From the NCBI GenBank assembly GCA_049583715.1, contig JBAUWJ010000190.1:16242-80241 (forward strand): DNA of 64,000 nt. Reading direction: 5' to 3'. The notes below the pieces were generated by a model. It did no database searches, was not told where the DNA came from, and saw only the letters and a program-made list of their open reading frames with translations. Below are positions 1 through 7,720 of the stretch, in pieces; within the stretch, counting starts at the first letter, position 1, and each line of letters opens with the position of its first letter. The DNA comes from Arenicellales bacterium (GTDB lineage Bacteria > Pseudomonadota > Gammaproteobacteria > Arenicellales > JAANXG01). Position numbers and translations under genes: made by a program.

Positions 1-735
1 TTCGGCATCGGTGCACTGCATCGTGGACACGTCGGCGTTCTCCACACCGGCATTGCGATATCTGCTCTGTCGCCGTCCCCGGTCGTGAAGCACGCCGATA
101 ATCCGCTGCTGTGCCATGGACAAGGTATCGAACCCCATCCACCACACGGGCTGCCGGCTGCGCCCCAGCCAGGCATCCCCGTTGTCGATCAGGCGTGCCT
201 GGAGCTCGGCGCGGGTCAGCCAGCGCTCGTCGTTCAGTCTCTCGCGCAGGGTGTCGGCCCAGGCGAGAAAGGCTTCGGTGTCGGCGCTCTTGTATTGCCG
301 CAGCCGCCGCCAATCGAGGTCCCAATCGTGAATCAGCCGCCACGCCTGCCTCGCGGTGCGCGCCGCACCCGGGATCTGCAGCAGGGCGGGACTGTCGCTC
401 CCCGCACCCCGCAGCCGAATGATCTGCTCCCAGACCTGCGACTCCTGGTCGTCGGTCAGCAGGCGGGGCGCGCCGGGTCGATGCTCGAAGGCGAGCTGCC
501 ACGCCTCCTCCAGCCAATCGTCGTACGCGAGCACGCGCGGCGTTGTCCAGGCCCTGGCACTTCCGCTCACTTTCCAGTCCGCGTAGCGCTGGGTCACCTG
601 ACGGGCCAGGTGGCGGTTCGAAGTGATTACGGCGGCCCCTTGCTCCAGCTCCTGGAACAGCCTGGTGACGGCGGTGGTGATCAAGCGACGATGATGGGCG
701 GGAGGCCGGTATTCACAGTGTTCATGACCGCGCAT
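1..735 (-). CDS. AddB-like / PD-(D/E)XK-family probable DNA repair protein, N-terminal 245 codons (gene continues beyond position 1)
   Basis: Absent from the ORF track because its stop lies outside the window. Manual reverse-complement translation from ATG 735-733 gives an uninterrupted frame to position 1 (MRGHEHCEYRPPAHHRRLITTAVTRLFQELEQGAAVITSNRHLARQVTQRYADWKVSG...VWWMGFDTLSMAQQRIIGVLHDRG...). This frame lies codon-for-codon opposite the spurious + ORF 85..1503. The N-terminal pattern (xxGAxVxTxNRRLAR, later GFDxLxPxQ) matches, from memory, the proteobacterial 'probable DNA repair protein' AddB-like family. Confidence 0.6.
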   Translation of the reverse strand, partial: MRGHEHCEYRPPAHHRRLITTAVTRLFQELEQGAAVITSNRHLARQVTQRYADWKVSGSARAWTTPRVLAYDDWLEEAWQLAFEHRPGAPRLLTDDQESQVWEQIIRLRGAGSDSPALLQIPGAARTARQAWRLIHDWDLDWRRLRQYKSADTEAFLAWADTLRERLNDERWLTRAELQARLIDNGDAWLGRSRQPVWWMGFDTLSMAQQRIIGVLHDRGRRQSRYRNAGVENADVSTMQCTDAE

Positions 736-840
736 TGTCGCAAATCGGTCCAGCCGAAGCAGGTCCGCGGCACTTTTCGGCCGGCGACGGGGGCGGGGAA
801 GCCGGGGCCGTTCGTGTCCCGCGAACGACCGCCGGGAGGA

Positions 841-1356
841 TCAATTGGGGGTGGAGCCGCGCGGTGGTGCCCCGCCTTCGTTCGATGCGCTACCGTGGTG
901 CTGGCTCTCGGCCATGGCGATCCTGAGCTTCTTCTTCAGATCTTCGGGCTCGTAGCTCTTCTTCTCCGTCAAGGTGAGGCTCGGCAGGCCGATATCACGC
1001 AACACGGTATCGGTAACGTCCTGAGGCGAGAGACCGCGCCGTGCATATTCCGTCTTTGGAAACAGACGGATGGCCACCAGTGGCTCCAGGTCGTGGCTCC
1101 GGCAGATCAGGAAGTCGATCGTCTGCCTGTGGACCTTGATCCAGTGGAGCTGGTGGACGCGGTTGCTGCTCTCCACCTGCGGCTCCACGAGCGCCGACAG
1201 CTTCACTTTCGCGAACACATGGTACGCCCTGCCGAGGACCTGCCTCAGACAGTCGAAGAGCTGCCTGTCGGACTCCCGCAGGAAGCGGTCACGGCGCTTG
1301 TAAAGGGGCAGGTCGGTGGAATCCTGATGCGCCGGTTTGCTGAACCAGGACCTCAT
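841..1356 (-). CDS. DUF2726-like (NERD/endonuclease-fold related) hypothetical protein
   Basis: ORF 841..1494. The core segment FLRESDRQLFDCLRQVLGRAYHVFAKVKLSALV...IDFLICRSHDLEPLVAIRL resembles DUF2726. The start is uncertain: ATG 1356 (M47) is chosen, and TTG 1494 or ATG 1443 are possible. No convincing SD precedes any of them. Confidence 0.55.
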   Translation of the reverse strand: MRSWFSKPAHQDSTDLPLYKRRDRFLRESDRQLFDCLRQVLGRAYHVFAKVKLSALVEPQVESSNRVHQLHWIKVHRQTIDFLICRSHDLEPLVAIRLFPKTEYARRGLSPQDVTDTVLRDIGLPSLTLTEKKSYEPEDLKKKLRIAMAESQHHGSASNEGGAPPRGSTPN

Positions 1357-1614
1357 GGTGAAGTGGACATCTCTCGTTTTGACTTGTTTCAAGGCGCGGA
1401 AATAGAACAAGACGGGGCGCGGCCATCTCTTGCGGCTCGGCATTTGTGGCACAACATGGCGGAAATGACAAGGCCCCTCCCTGAGAGTCTGCAAAACCGA
1501 TGACCCAGCTCAATTCAGGCGTGGTTCCCACGTTTCTCCGTTCCCCGACATCGTGCTCTCACCGGCTCCGAACATGCCGCGATTGGTGGGAAGGGGACGC
1601 TCCGAGTCGACCTG

Positions 1615-1747
1615 GGGAAGCCCTGATTAATCGCTTACGCCGTCATTGTGAGCGCAGCGAAGCAATCCAGGATGCCTGCCATTCCACGCTTTCCGGATTG
1701 CTTCGTCGCGTCGCTCCTCGCAATGACAGCATTAATCAGAGCTTCCC
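1615..1747 (-). repeat. Dispersed palindromic element family A (MITE-like, about 130 bp), copy 1
   Basis: The terminal inverted repeats are GGGAAGCCCTGATTAAT and ATTAATCAGAGCTTCCC. The internal long inverted repeat is GTCATTGTGAGCGCAGCGAAGCAATCC / GGATTGCTTCGTCGCGTCGCTCCTCGCAATGAC. This copy is roughly 90% identical to the reverse complement of 21709..21836. It abuts the ybgA stop codon (1747-1749). Confidence 0.85.
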
Positions 1748-2709
1748 TAGATGAGGTTCCGCAGCATCAGCTCCGGGGGATGCGGGTTAAGGTAGACCTG
1801 GCGCTGCATGTAGTCGTCGGGATGGCGGCGGAAATGGTGATTCAGCAGCGTCAAGGGCACAACCAGGGGCACCTCTCCCAGCCGGTATCGCTCGATGAGC
1901 TCGTTGAGCTCGCGTTTGTCCTCGGCGTCGATCCGTGACTTGAGATAACCCTGGACGTGCTTGAGCACGTTGGTGTGATTCCTTCTCGTGGCAGGGGTCC
2001 GCAGTGCACGCATGAGGGCGGCGATATAGTGCTCCGCGAAATGGTCCGGGTCCTCGTCGCCGCAGGAGGCGACCGACCGGCCGAGCTGGCGATAGGCTTG
2101 CTGGCTGTGCGCCATGACCAACAGCTTGTGACGGGTATGGAAGTCGACGATGCCCGCGGCGCTCGCACCGCGCTCCATCATGCCCTGCCAGCGCCTGTAG
2201 GTGAACACCCGGTCGATGAAGCTTTCGCGGAGCATGGGATCGTTCAGGCGGCCCTCTTCTTCGACCGGCAGCTCCGGCCAGCACTCCATCAACGTCCGGG
2301 CGAACTGCCCGACACCGTCCCGGGTGGGCATACCGCCGGCATGGTGCACCTTCACCCGCTCCATGCCGCAGCTCGGAGACTTGCTCTTCAATATGTATCC
2401 ACTCAGGTCACGGTGAGCGTCCACGATTCGCCGGCCGCAATCATGCAAAGGCCCGGTGACGTCCATCTGCGGCCGCTTGACTCCAACGACGCGCACGGTG
2501 CCGTGTCGCCGCTCCAGGTGAATCGGATCTCTCGGGACACCGAGCCCGATCTCCATCTCCGGGCACACCGGCACGAACTGGAAATAACGGCTCAGTACGC
2601 CGTTGACGAAGGCGTCCTTCTTGTGGCTCCCGTCGAACCGCACTTCCCGGCCCAGCAGGCAGCTGCTCACGCCGATCTTGATCGTCGGCGTGGCCCCGGG
2701 TGTGCTCAC
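1747..2709 (-). CDS. ybgA: YbgA-family protein (DUF523 / 2-thiouracil-desulfurase-like N-domain plus DUF1722)
   Basis: 320 aa. The N-terminal segment IGVSSCLLGREVRFDGSHK...VPVCPEMEIGLGVPR is DUF523-type. The C-terminal segment FHTRHKLLVMAHSQQAYRQLG...HTNVLKHVQGYLK is DUF1722-type. Its start overlaps the hemH stop in an ATGA (2706-2709). Confidence 0.85.
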   Translation of the reverse strand: MSTPGATPTIKIGVSSCLLGREVRFDGSHKKDAFVNGVLSRYFQFVPVCPEMEIGLGVPRDPIHLERRHGTVRVVGVKRPQMDVTGPLHDCGRRIVDAHRDLSGYILKSKSPSCGMERVKVHHAGGMPTRDGVGQFARTLMECWPELPVEEEGRLNDPMLRESFIDRVFTYRRWQGMMERGASAAGIVDFHTRHKLLVMAHSQQAYRQLGRSVASCGDEDPDHFAEHYIAALMRALRTPATRRNHTNVLKHVQGYLKSRIDAEDKRELNELIERYRLGEVPLVVPLTLLNHHFRRHPDDYMQRQVYLNPHPPELMLRNLI

Positions 2710-3806
2710 TGCTGCGCGCCCAGAGCGATCGCCCGCGCCCGCCGTTGTTTCAGCTCATCGGGCTTCGCGGGACCCTCGAACTCGGGCCAGCCACGGGTGT
2801 GCTCCTCGATCAGGCCGAGCAGCATCTGAACGTGGGCAGGCTCGTCGTTCAAACACGGAATGTACTGAAACGACTCGCCGCCGGACTTCTCGAAGAGCTC
2901 GCGGTTCTGCATCGCGATCTCTTCGAGTGTTTCCAGGCAATCCACTGAGAATCCGGGGCAAACCACGTCGACGCTGCGGATACCGCGCGCCGGCAGCCCC
3001 TTGAGCGTCTCGTCGCAGTAAGGTTCGAGCCACGGCTCGCGGCCGAAGCGGGACTGGAAGACGACCATCCACTGGTCGTCCCGAAGGTCCAGCTTCCCGG
3101 CGAGCAAACGCGCCGTGGCCCGGCATTGGCAGTGGTAGGGGTCTCCCTGGAGCAGTGAACGCCTGGGCACCCCGTGAAAGGATATCAGCAGCAGCTCGCC
3201 GCGGTGCTGCTCCGCCCAGACCCGGTGCACTCGATCCGCCAGCGCCTCGATATAGGCCGGGTGGTCGTGGTAGCCGGTCACGAAGCGCAGCTCGGGCACC
3301 CGGCGCCATCCCCTCAGCTCCCTGCTCACCGCGTCGAAGGTGGACCCGGTGGCCGCGCCGGAGTACTGCGGATACATCGGCAGCACGAGCAGGCGATCGA
3401 GCTGCGCGTCGAGCATCTGCCGCAGCACGAATGATGTGGAAGGCTCGCCGTAGCGCATGGCGATCTTGACCAGGGGCTGCTGCGGGAACCGCTCGCCGAT
3501 CTTGCCGACCAGATCATCGGCGAGCCGCCGGGTGTTCATCAGCAAAGGAGAGCCTTCCCCGGTCCAGATCCTGCGGTAGGCGCGCGCACTGCGCGCCGGG
3601 CGCAGGTTCAGGATCACGAGGTTCAGGACCAGCCACCACAACGGCCGGGGCAGCTCGACCACGCGGGGATCGGAGAGGAACTCCTTCAAGTACCGGCGCA
3701 GCTCGCGGGCAGTCGGCGCCTGAGGCGTACCGAGATTGGTGAGCAGGACACCGGCGCGCAGCGGCTGGTCGTGGCGAAACCCGGGTTGACCGAGATAGTC
3801 ACTCAT
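2706..3806 (-). CDS. hemH: Ferrochelatase
   Basis: 366 aa. Segments VLLTNLGTPQAPT..LRRYLKEFLSDPRVVE, ISFHGVPRR and CPGFSVDCLETLEEI are typical of ferrochelatase. Confidence 0.95.
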   Translation of the reverse strand: MSDYLGQPGFRHDQPLRAGVLLTNLGTPQAPTARELRRYLKEFLSDPRVVELPRPLWWLVLNLVILNLRPARSARAYRRIWTGEGSPLLMNTRRLADDLVGKIGERFPQQPLVKIAMRYGEPSTSFVLRQMLDAQLDRLLVLPMYPQYSGAATGSTFDAVSRELRGWRRVPELRFVTGYHDHPAYIEALADRVHRVWAEQHRGELLLISFHGVPRRSLLQGDPYHCQCRATARLLAGKLDLRDDQWMVVFQSRFGREPWLEPYCDETLKGLPARGIRSVDVVCPGFSVDCLETLEEIAMQNRELFEKSGGESFQYIPCLNDEPAHVQMLLGLIEEHTRGWPEFEGPAKPDELKQRRARAIALGAQQ

Positions 3807-3889
3807 TCATGCATGCTCCGAGGGAAAGCCGGATGGTGCATCTATACTCTACGTATTCCCCTTGCGCATGCAAATCGAAAGAACTCACT

Positions 3890-5341
3890 TTGTCCATTCC
3901 CATCATCGTCTGGTTTCGCAGGGATCTGCGCCTGCATGACAATCCCGCCCTGCGTTCCGCGCACGATGAGGGAGGCCCGGTCATCCCCGTCTACGTCTAC
4001 GCTCCGGAGGAAGAAGAGCCGTGGCGTCCGGGCGCGGCGAGCCGGTGGTGGCTGCATCACAGCCTCGGGGCCCTCGACGCCAGCCTCGGGGCGGTGGGAT
4101 TCCCACTGCTCATTCTAAGGGGGGATACATCGTCGACGCTGATGATGCTGTGCCGGCGCACGCGTGCTCGCGCCGTGTACTGGAACCGGCTCTACGACCC
4201 GGCGGTTGTGGCGCGCGATGCGCGGGTCGAGACGGTGCTGCGGAAGATCGGTGTCGAGACCCGCAGCTTTCCCGGCTATCTGTTGCGGGAGCCCGGTGAG
4301 GTGATGACGGCTGCCGGGACACCCTACAAGGTCTTCACCCCGTACAGCCACGCCGTCTTCCGGCTCGGAGATCCCCCCGAGGCCGTGGCGGCCCCGAGCG
4401 GCCAGGCCTCGTCCGAGCACGGCGTAGACAGTGAAGGTGTAGACGCCCTGCGCTTGCTGCCGCGAATACGCTGGGACACGGGCCTGCGCGAGGCCTGGCA
4501 ACCCGGAGAGGCCGGGGCCTGGCAACGCGCCGAAGCGTTCGTCACCCCGGATGACTTCGACTACGCCGGCAGCCGCGACCGGCCGGACCGGGATGGCATA
4601 TCGAGGCTGTCTCCCCATCTCCATTTCGGCGAGATCTCGCCCCGCGCGCTCTGGCATGCGCTCATGCGGTCCCTTGCAGGCCGGGGCCGGGAAGAGGAGG
4701 CGTTTGCGTACCTGAGGCAGCTCCTGTGGCGGGACTTTGCTCATCAATTGCTGTTTCATTTCCCGCGAATCACGGAGGACAACTTCAAACCGGCATTCGA
4801 CGCATTCCCCTGGCGCAGCGACCCCGCGCTGCTCGAAGCCTGGCATCGGGGTGAGACGGGCATACCCCTGATCGACGCCGGGATGCGGGAGCTGTGGCAT
4901 ACGGGATTCATGCACAACCGCGTGCGCATGAACGTCGCGTCGTTCCTCACCAAGAACGCGGGTATCGACTGGCGTATCGGGGCGCGCTGGTTCTGGGACA
5001 CCCTGGTCGATGCCAATCTCGCCAACAACACCCTGGGCTGGCAGTGGGTGACCGGCAGCGGCCCGGATGCGGCGCCCTACTTCCGCATATTCAACCCGGT
5101 GACCCAGAGTCGCCGCTTCGACCCGAACGGCACTTACATCCGGCACTGGGTGCCCGCGCTGTCATCCCTGCCCGCCCGTTACGTCCACTCTCCCTGGACC
5201 GCCCCCAAGGCCGTTCTCGATAAGGCGGGCGTCCGTGTCGGAAAGGACTATCCCAGCCCCGTGGTCGACCTGAAAGCGTCCCGGCAGCGAGCCCTCGACG
5301 CCTACAAGCGCTCCGTCGCAGTGCTCGGGTATCCAAGGTAA
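3890..5341 (+). CDS. phrB: Deoxyribodipyrimidine photolyase (class I CPD photolyase)
   Basis: ORF 3809..5341. Motifs seen are IVWFRRDLRLHDNPAL, LLWRDFA, TGIPLIDAGMRELWHTGFMHNRVRM and LGWQWVTG. The in-frame TTG at 3890 gives M-SIPIIVWFRRDL, which matches known photolyase N-termini. ATG 3833 (good SD GAGGGAAAG) and ATG 3809 are alternatives. Confidence 0.9.
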   Translation: MSIPIIVWFRRDLRLHDNPALRSAHDEGGPVIPVYVYAPEEEEPWRPGAASRWWLHHSLGALDASLGAVGFPLLILRGDTSSTLMMLCRRTRARAVYWNRLYDPAVVARDARVETVLRKIGVETRSFPGYLLREPGEVMTAAGTPYKVFTPYSHAVFRLGDPPEAVAAPSGQASSEHGVDSEGVDALRLLPRIRWDTGLREAWQPGEAGAWQRAEAFVTPDDFDYAGSRDRPDRDGISRLSPHLHFGEISPRALWHALMRSLAGRGREEEAFAYLRQLLWRDFAHQLLFHFPRITEDNFKPAFDAFPWRSDPALLEAWHRGETGIPLIDAGMRELWHTGFMHNRVRMNVASFLTKNAGIDWRIGARWFWDTLVDANLANNTLGWQWVTGSGPDAAPYFRIFNPVTQSRRFDPNGTYIRHWVPALSSLPARYVHSPWTAPKAVLDKAGVRVGKDYPSPVVDLKASRQRALDAYKRSVAVLGYPR

Positions 5342-5345
5342 TTAC

Positions 5346-5660
5346 AACCCGACGCTCCCCGCATCCGTCTGGGTCGGTCGGACCTCGTTCCCGATGATCT
5401 CCGACACTCCCCACATCCCTGTGGGTCGGAATTCATTCCGACAAGCATCGTTTGACGGTGCTTGTGCGGCTAAGGCTTACCGAGCTTATGCGGGAGTACC
5501 CCGCATGAACCGGGAAGGGTCTTTGTCGAGCGTCTCGAGGCAGGAGCCGAGAGCGAGCCTACATGGATGTACTTGCGGCGTATCGACAAAGACCCTTCCC
5601 GGTTCATGCCCGAACGCTGCTTCCTTCGTTTGGGATCGGAGGAAACAGCGCAGAGGATCC
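5346..5660. repeat. Composite intergenic repeat cluster, copy A (REP hairpin family B plus 26-bp-arm hairpin family C)
   Basis: The family B hairpin GTCGGAATTCATTCCGAC lies at 5425-5442. The family C arms are CATGAACCGGGAAGGGTCTTTGTCGA (5504-5529) and its complement (5583-5608), around a 53-nt loop. The flanks match the reverse complement of 18490..18790. The cluster sits between the convergent genes phr and nadA. Confidence 0.85.
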
Positions 5661-5850
5661 TGTCTGGGGGGCCGATCTTCTTGCCACGGGCTCGAGGGGG
5701 AACGGTGGTTCCTTGATAGTCCCGAGGCACCTCCCCCAGCCCATGCGCTCCGTGGTCCTTTCAGCTACGCCGCGTACACCCCCTCTCTGGGAAACACCAA
5801 CCTCGAAGGCCCCGGATCAGCGAGCGAGACCTACTTCAACCAGATACAAC

Positions 5851-6951
5851 TTACGCGTCCCCCGATACCTTCATCGTCGGATGGATATGCTGGCGGGCGA
5901 AGTCGACCATGCGTTTCAGCGACTTTTCCGCCTCCACGCGGATGGCCTCCTCGATGACGATCTCGTTGTCGCCGGTATCCAGTACATGCTCCAGCCGGTC
6001 CAGGTCGTTCAGCTTCATCCACGGGCAGTGGGCACAGCTCTTGCAGGTGCCTCCTTCCCCGGCTGTGGGTGCGGCGATGAAAATCTTGTGCGGCGCCTTC
6101 TCCCGCATCTTGTGAAAGATGCCGTCTTCGGTGGCGACGATGAACGTCTGCTCGTCCATCTCCAGGGCCGCCTGGATAATCTGGCTGGTCGATCCCACAC
6201 GATCCGCCAGCGCGATCACCTCGGGCGGTGACTCCGGATGAACCAGAACTGCGGCCTCGGGATGAGCCTTCTTCATTTCAGCGAGCTCGCGTGCCTTGAA
6301 CTCCTCGTGCACCACGCAGGCCGACTGCCACAACAGCATGTCGGCCCCGGTTTGCCTTTGCACGTACTGTCCCAGATACCGGTCCGGAGCCCAGAGAATC
6401 TTCTCCCCGCGCGCCTTCAGATACTCGACGACCTTCAGCGCAATCGACGAGGTAACGACCCAATCGGCGCGGGCCTTCACCGCGGCGCTGGTATTGGCGT
6501 ACACCACCACGGTCCTGTCGGGGTTGGCGTCGCAGAATCGGGAGAACTCCAATGCAGGGCAGCCCAGGTCCAGGGAACACTCGGCCTGCTTGTCCACCAC
6601 CAGCACGCGCTTCTCCGGGCTCAGGATCTTGGCCGTCTCACCCATGAACCTCACGCCCGCTACGATCACCGTCTTCGCCGAATGCTCGTAGCCGAAACGC
6701 GCCATCTCCAGGGAGTCCGCCACAAAGCCACCGGTTTCGTCAGCCAGGTCCTGCAGGTCGTAGTCGACGTAATAGTGGGCCACCAGCACCGCGTCCTGCT
6801 CGCTCAGCTTCTGCTTGATCCGCGCGACCGTCGCGGCCTTCTCGTCCGTGTCCATGCCCCGGTGCTTCACAGAACGCGCCCGCAGGGCCGCCATATCTAT
6901 CTGGGCCTGCAGCTCGTCGGATATTGAATTCAGTGCTGCCGTCATTGCCAA
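5851..6951 (-). CDS. nadA: Quinolinate synthase A
   Basis: 366 aa. Segments [51 protein letters not shown] and [14 protein letters not shown] (Fe-S cysteines) are typical of NadA. Confidence 0.95.
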   Translation of the reverse strand: MAMTAALNSISDELQAQIDMAALRARSVKHRGMDTDEKAATVARIKQKLSEQDAVLVAHYYVDYDLQDLADETGGFVADSLEMARFGYEHSAKTVIVAGVRFMGETAKILSPEKRVLVVDKQAECSLDLGCPALEFSRFCDANPDRTVVVYANTSAAVKARADWVVTSSIALKVVEYLKARGEKILWAPDRYLGQYVQRQTGADMLLWQSACVVHEEFKARELAEMKKAHPEAAVLVHPESPPEVIALADRVGSTSQIIQAALEMDEQTFIVATEDGIFHKMREKAPHKIFIAAPTAGEGGTCKSCAHCPWMKLNDLDRLEHVLDTGDNEIVIEEAIRVEAEKSLKRMVDFARQHIHPTMKVSGDA

Positions 6952-6954
6952 CTC

Positions 6955-7704
6955 CTACTTGAGATAGTGAATGGCGTCGCGGGACGTGTATCGGTACAGG
7001 CGAGCCGGCCGGTGTGAGCCGTTGCATCGCTTCCGGTCGGTCGCCTCGACGTGCGCCATGGCCAGTACGCGTTTACGGAAATTCCTCTTGTCGATCGGCC
7101 GGGAGCAGATCGTCTCGTAGACCTGCTGGAGCTCGCTCAGGGTGAAGTACTCGGGCATGAGCTGAAAGGCAATGGTGGAGTACTCGAGCTTGGCCTCCAG
7201 CCGCTCGCGCGCGACAAGAATGATCTCCTCGTGATCGAGGTGCAGATCAGGCAGATCTCCCGCGGCATGCCAGGTGCTCCGCGAGAGCGGCTCCACCGCC
7301 TGAAGTCGATCGCCGGAAACGAGCGCGTAATAGGCGACGGACACCACCCTTGCCTCCGGATGCCGGTCAGGGCGGCCGAAGGTATAGAGCTGCTCGAGGT
7401 AGACGTCCTTGAGGCCGGTCTGGACCCGAAGCGCGCGCTGTGCGCACTCGTCCAGCGGCTCGCCGACGCCCGGGCAGCCGCCCGGCAGCGCCCAGGATGC
7501 CCCGGCGGTACGCGGATCCCGGCGGACCAGCAGGACCTCCAGGCGAGCCCGGCGAACCGCGAAGATCACGATATCGGTGGAAACCTGAAAGAGCGCGGGC
7601 CGGGTCCCGGCATGACTAGTTAGTGTAGATTGCACACGAACTATGATAAGCCCACATGGGACCAAATTCAATAGCGCCGAGTTCACCCCGGGAAGGGTGA
7701 GCAC
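6955..7704 (-). CDS. nrtR: NrtR-type Nudix-related transcriptional regulator of NAD metabolism
   Basis: The protein has a Nudix fold with a degenerate Nudix box (GGCPGVGEPLDECAQRALRVQTGL, catalytic Glu pair lost). It also has a C-terminal winged-helix-like domain (FTLSELQQVYETICSRPIDKRNFRKRV). It lies immediately upstream of nadA with a 3-nt gap. The start is ambiguous: in-frame GTG 7704, GTG 7686, TTG 7671, TTG 7665 or GTG 7635. Confidence 0.75.
   Translation of the reverse strand: MLTLPGVNSALLNLVPCGLIIVRVQSTLTSHAGTRPALFQVSTDIVIFAVRRARLEVLLVRRDPRTAGASWALPGGCPGVGEPLDECAQRALRVQTGLKDVYLEQLYTFGRPDRHPEARVVSVAYYALVSGDRLQAVEPLSRSTWHAAGDLPDLHLDHEEIILVARERLEAKLEYSTIAFQLMPEYFTLSELQQVYETICSRPIDKRNFRKRVLAMAHVEATDRKRCNGSHRPARLYRYTSRDAIHYLK
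7617..7643. promoter_or_regulatory. Candidate NrtR operator (27-bp imperfect palindrome with a GT-N7-AC core)
   Basis: In TAGTTaGTGTagattgcACACgAACTA, 10 of 13 mirrored positions are complementary. The centre GT-agattgc-AC fits the GT-N7-AC core I recall for NrtR sites. It lies at the 5' end of the nrtR-nadA unit and overlaps the candidate GTG start at 7635. Confidence 0.4.
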
Positions 7705-7720
7705 GGGAGTCGTGGCGGGG

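Noticed and set aside
85-1503. A 472-aa + strand ORF covering the left end of the window.
   Set aside because: It lies codon-for-codon antisense to two real minus-strand genes (the AddB-like gene at 1-735 and the DUF2726 gene). Its composition is Pro/Gly/Arg/Ala-rich, typical of high-GC shadow frames, and it has no recognisable motifs.
5394-5957. ORFs inside the repeat clusters: 5394..5957, 5470..5730, 18302..18847, 18505..18717, 32051..32653, 32186..32449, 50643..51032, 50759..50977, 62465..63219 and others.
   Set aside because: They are translations of REP/MITE-like repeats. The same peptides (VGRNSFRQ, MNSDPQG, GSLSAPASRRSTK, SSIPGVVP, SPLPxGERG) recur at unrelated loci on either strand.
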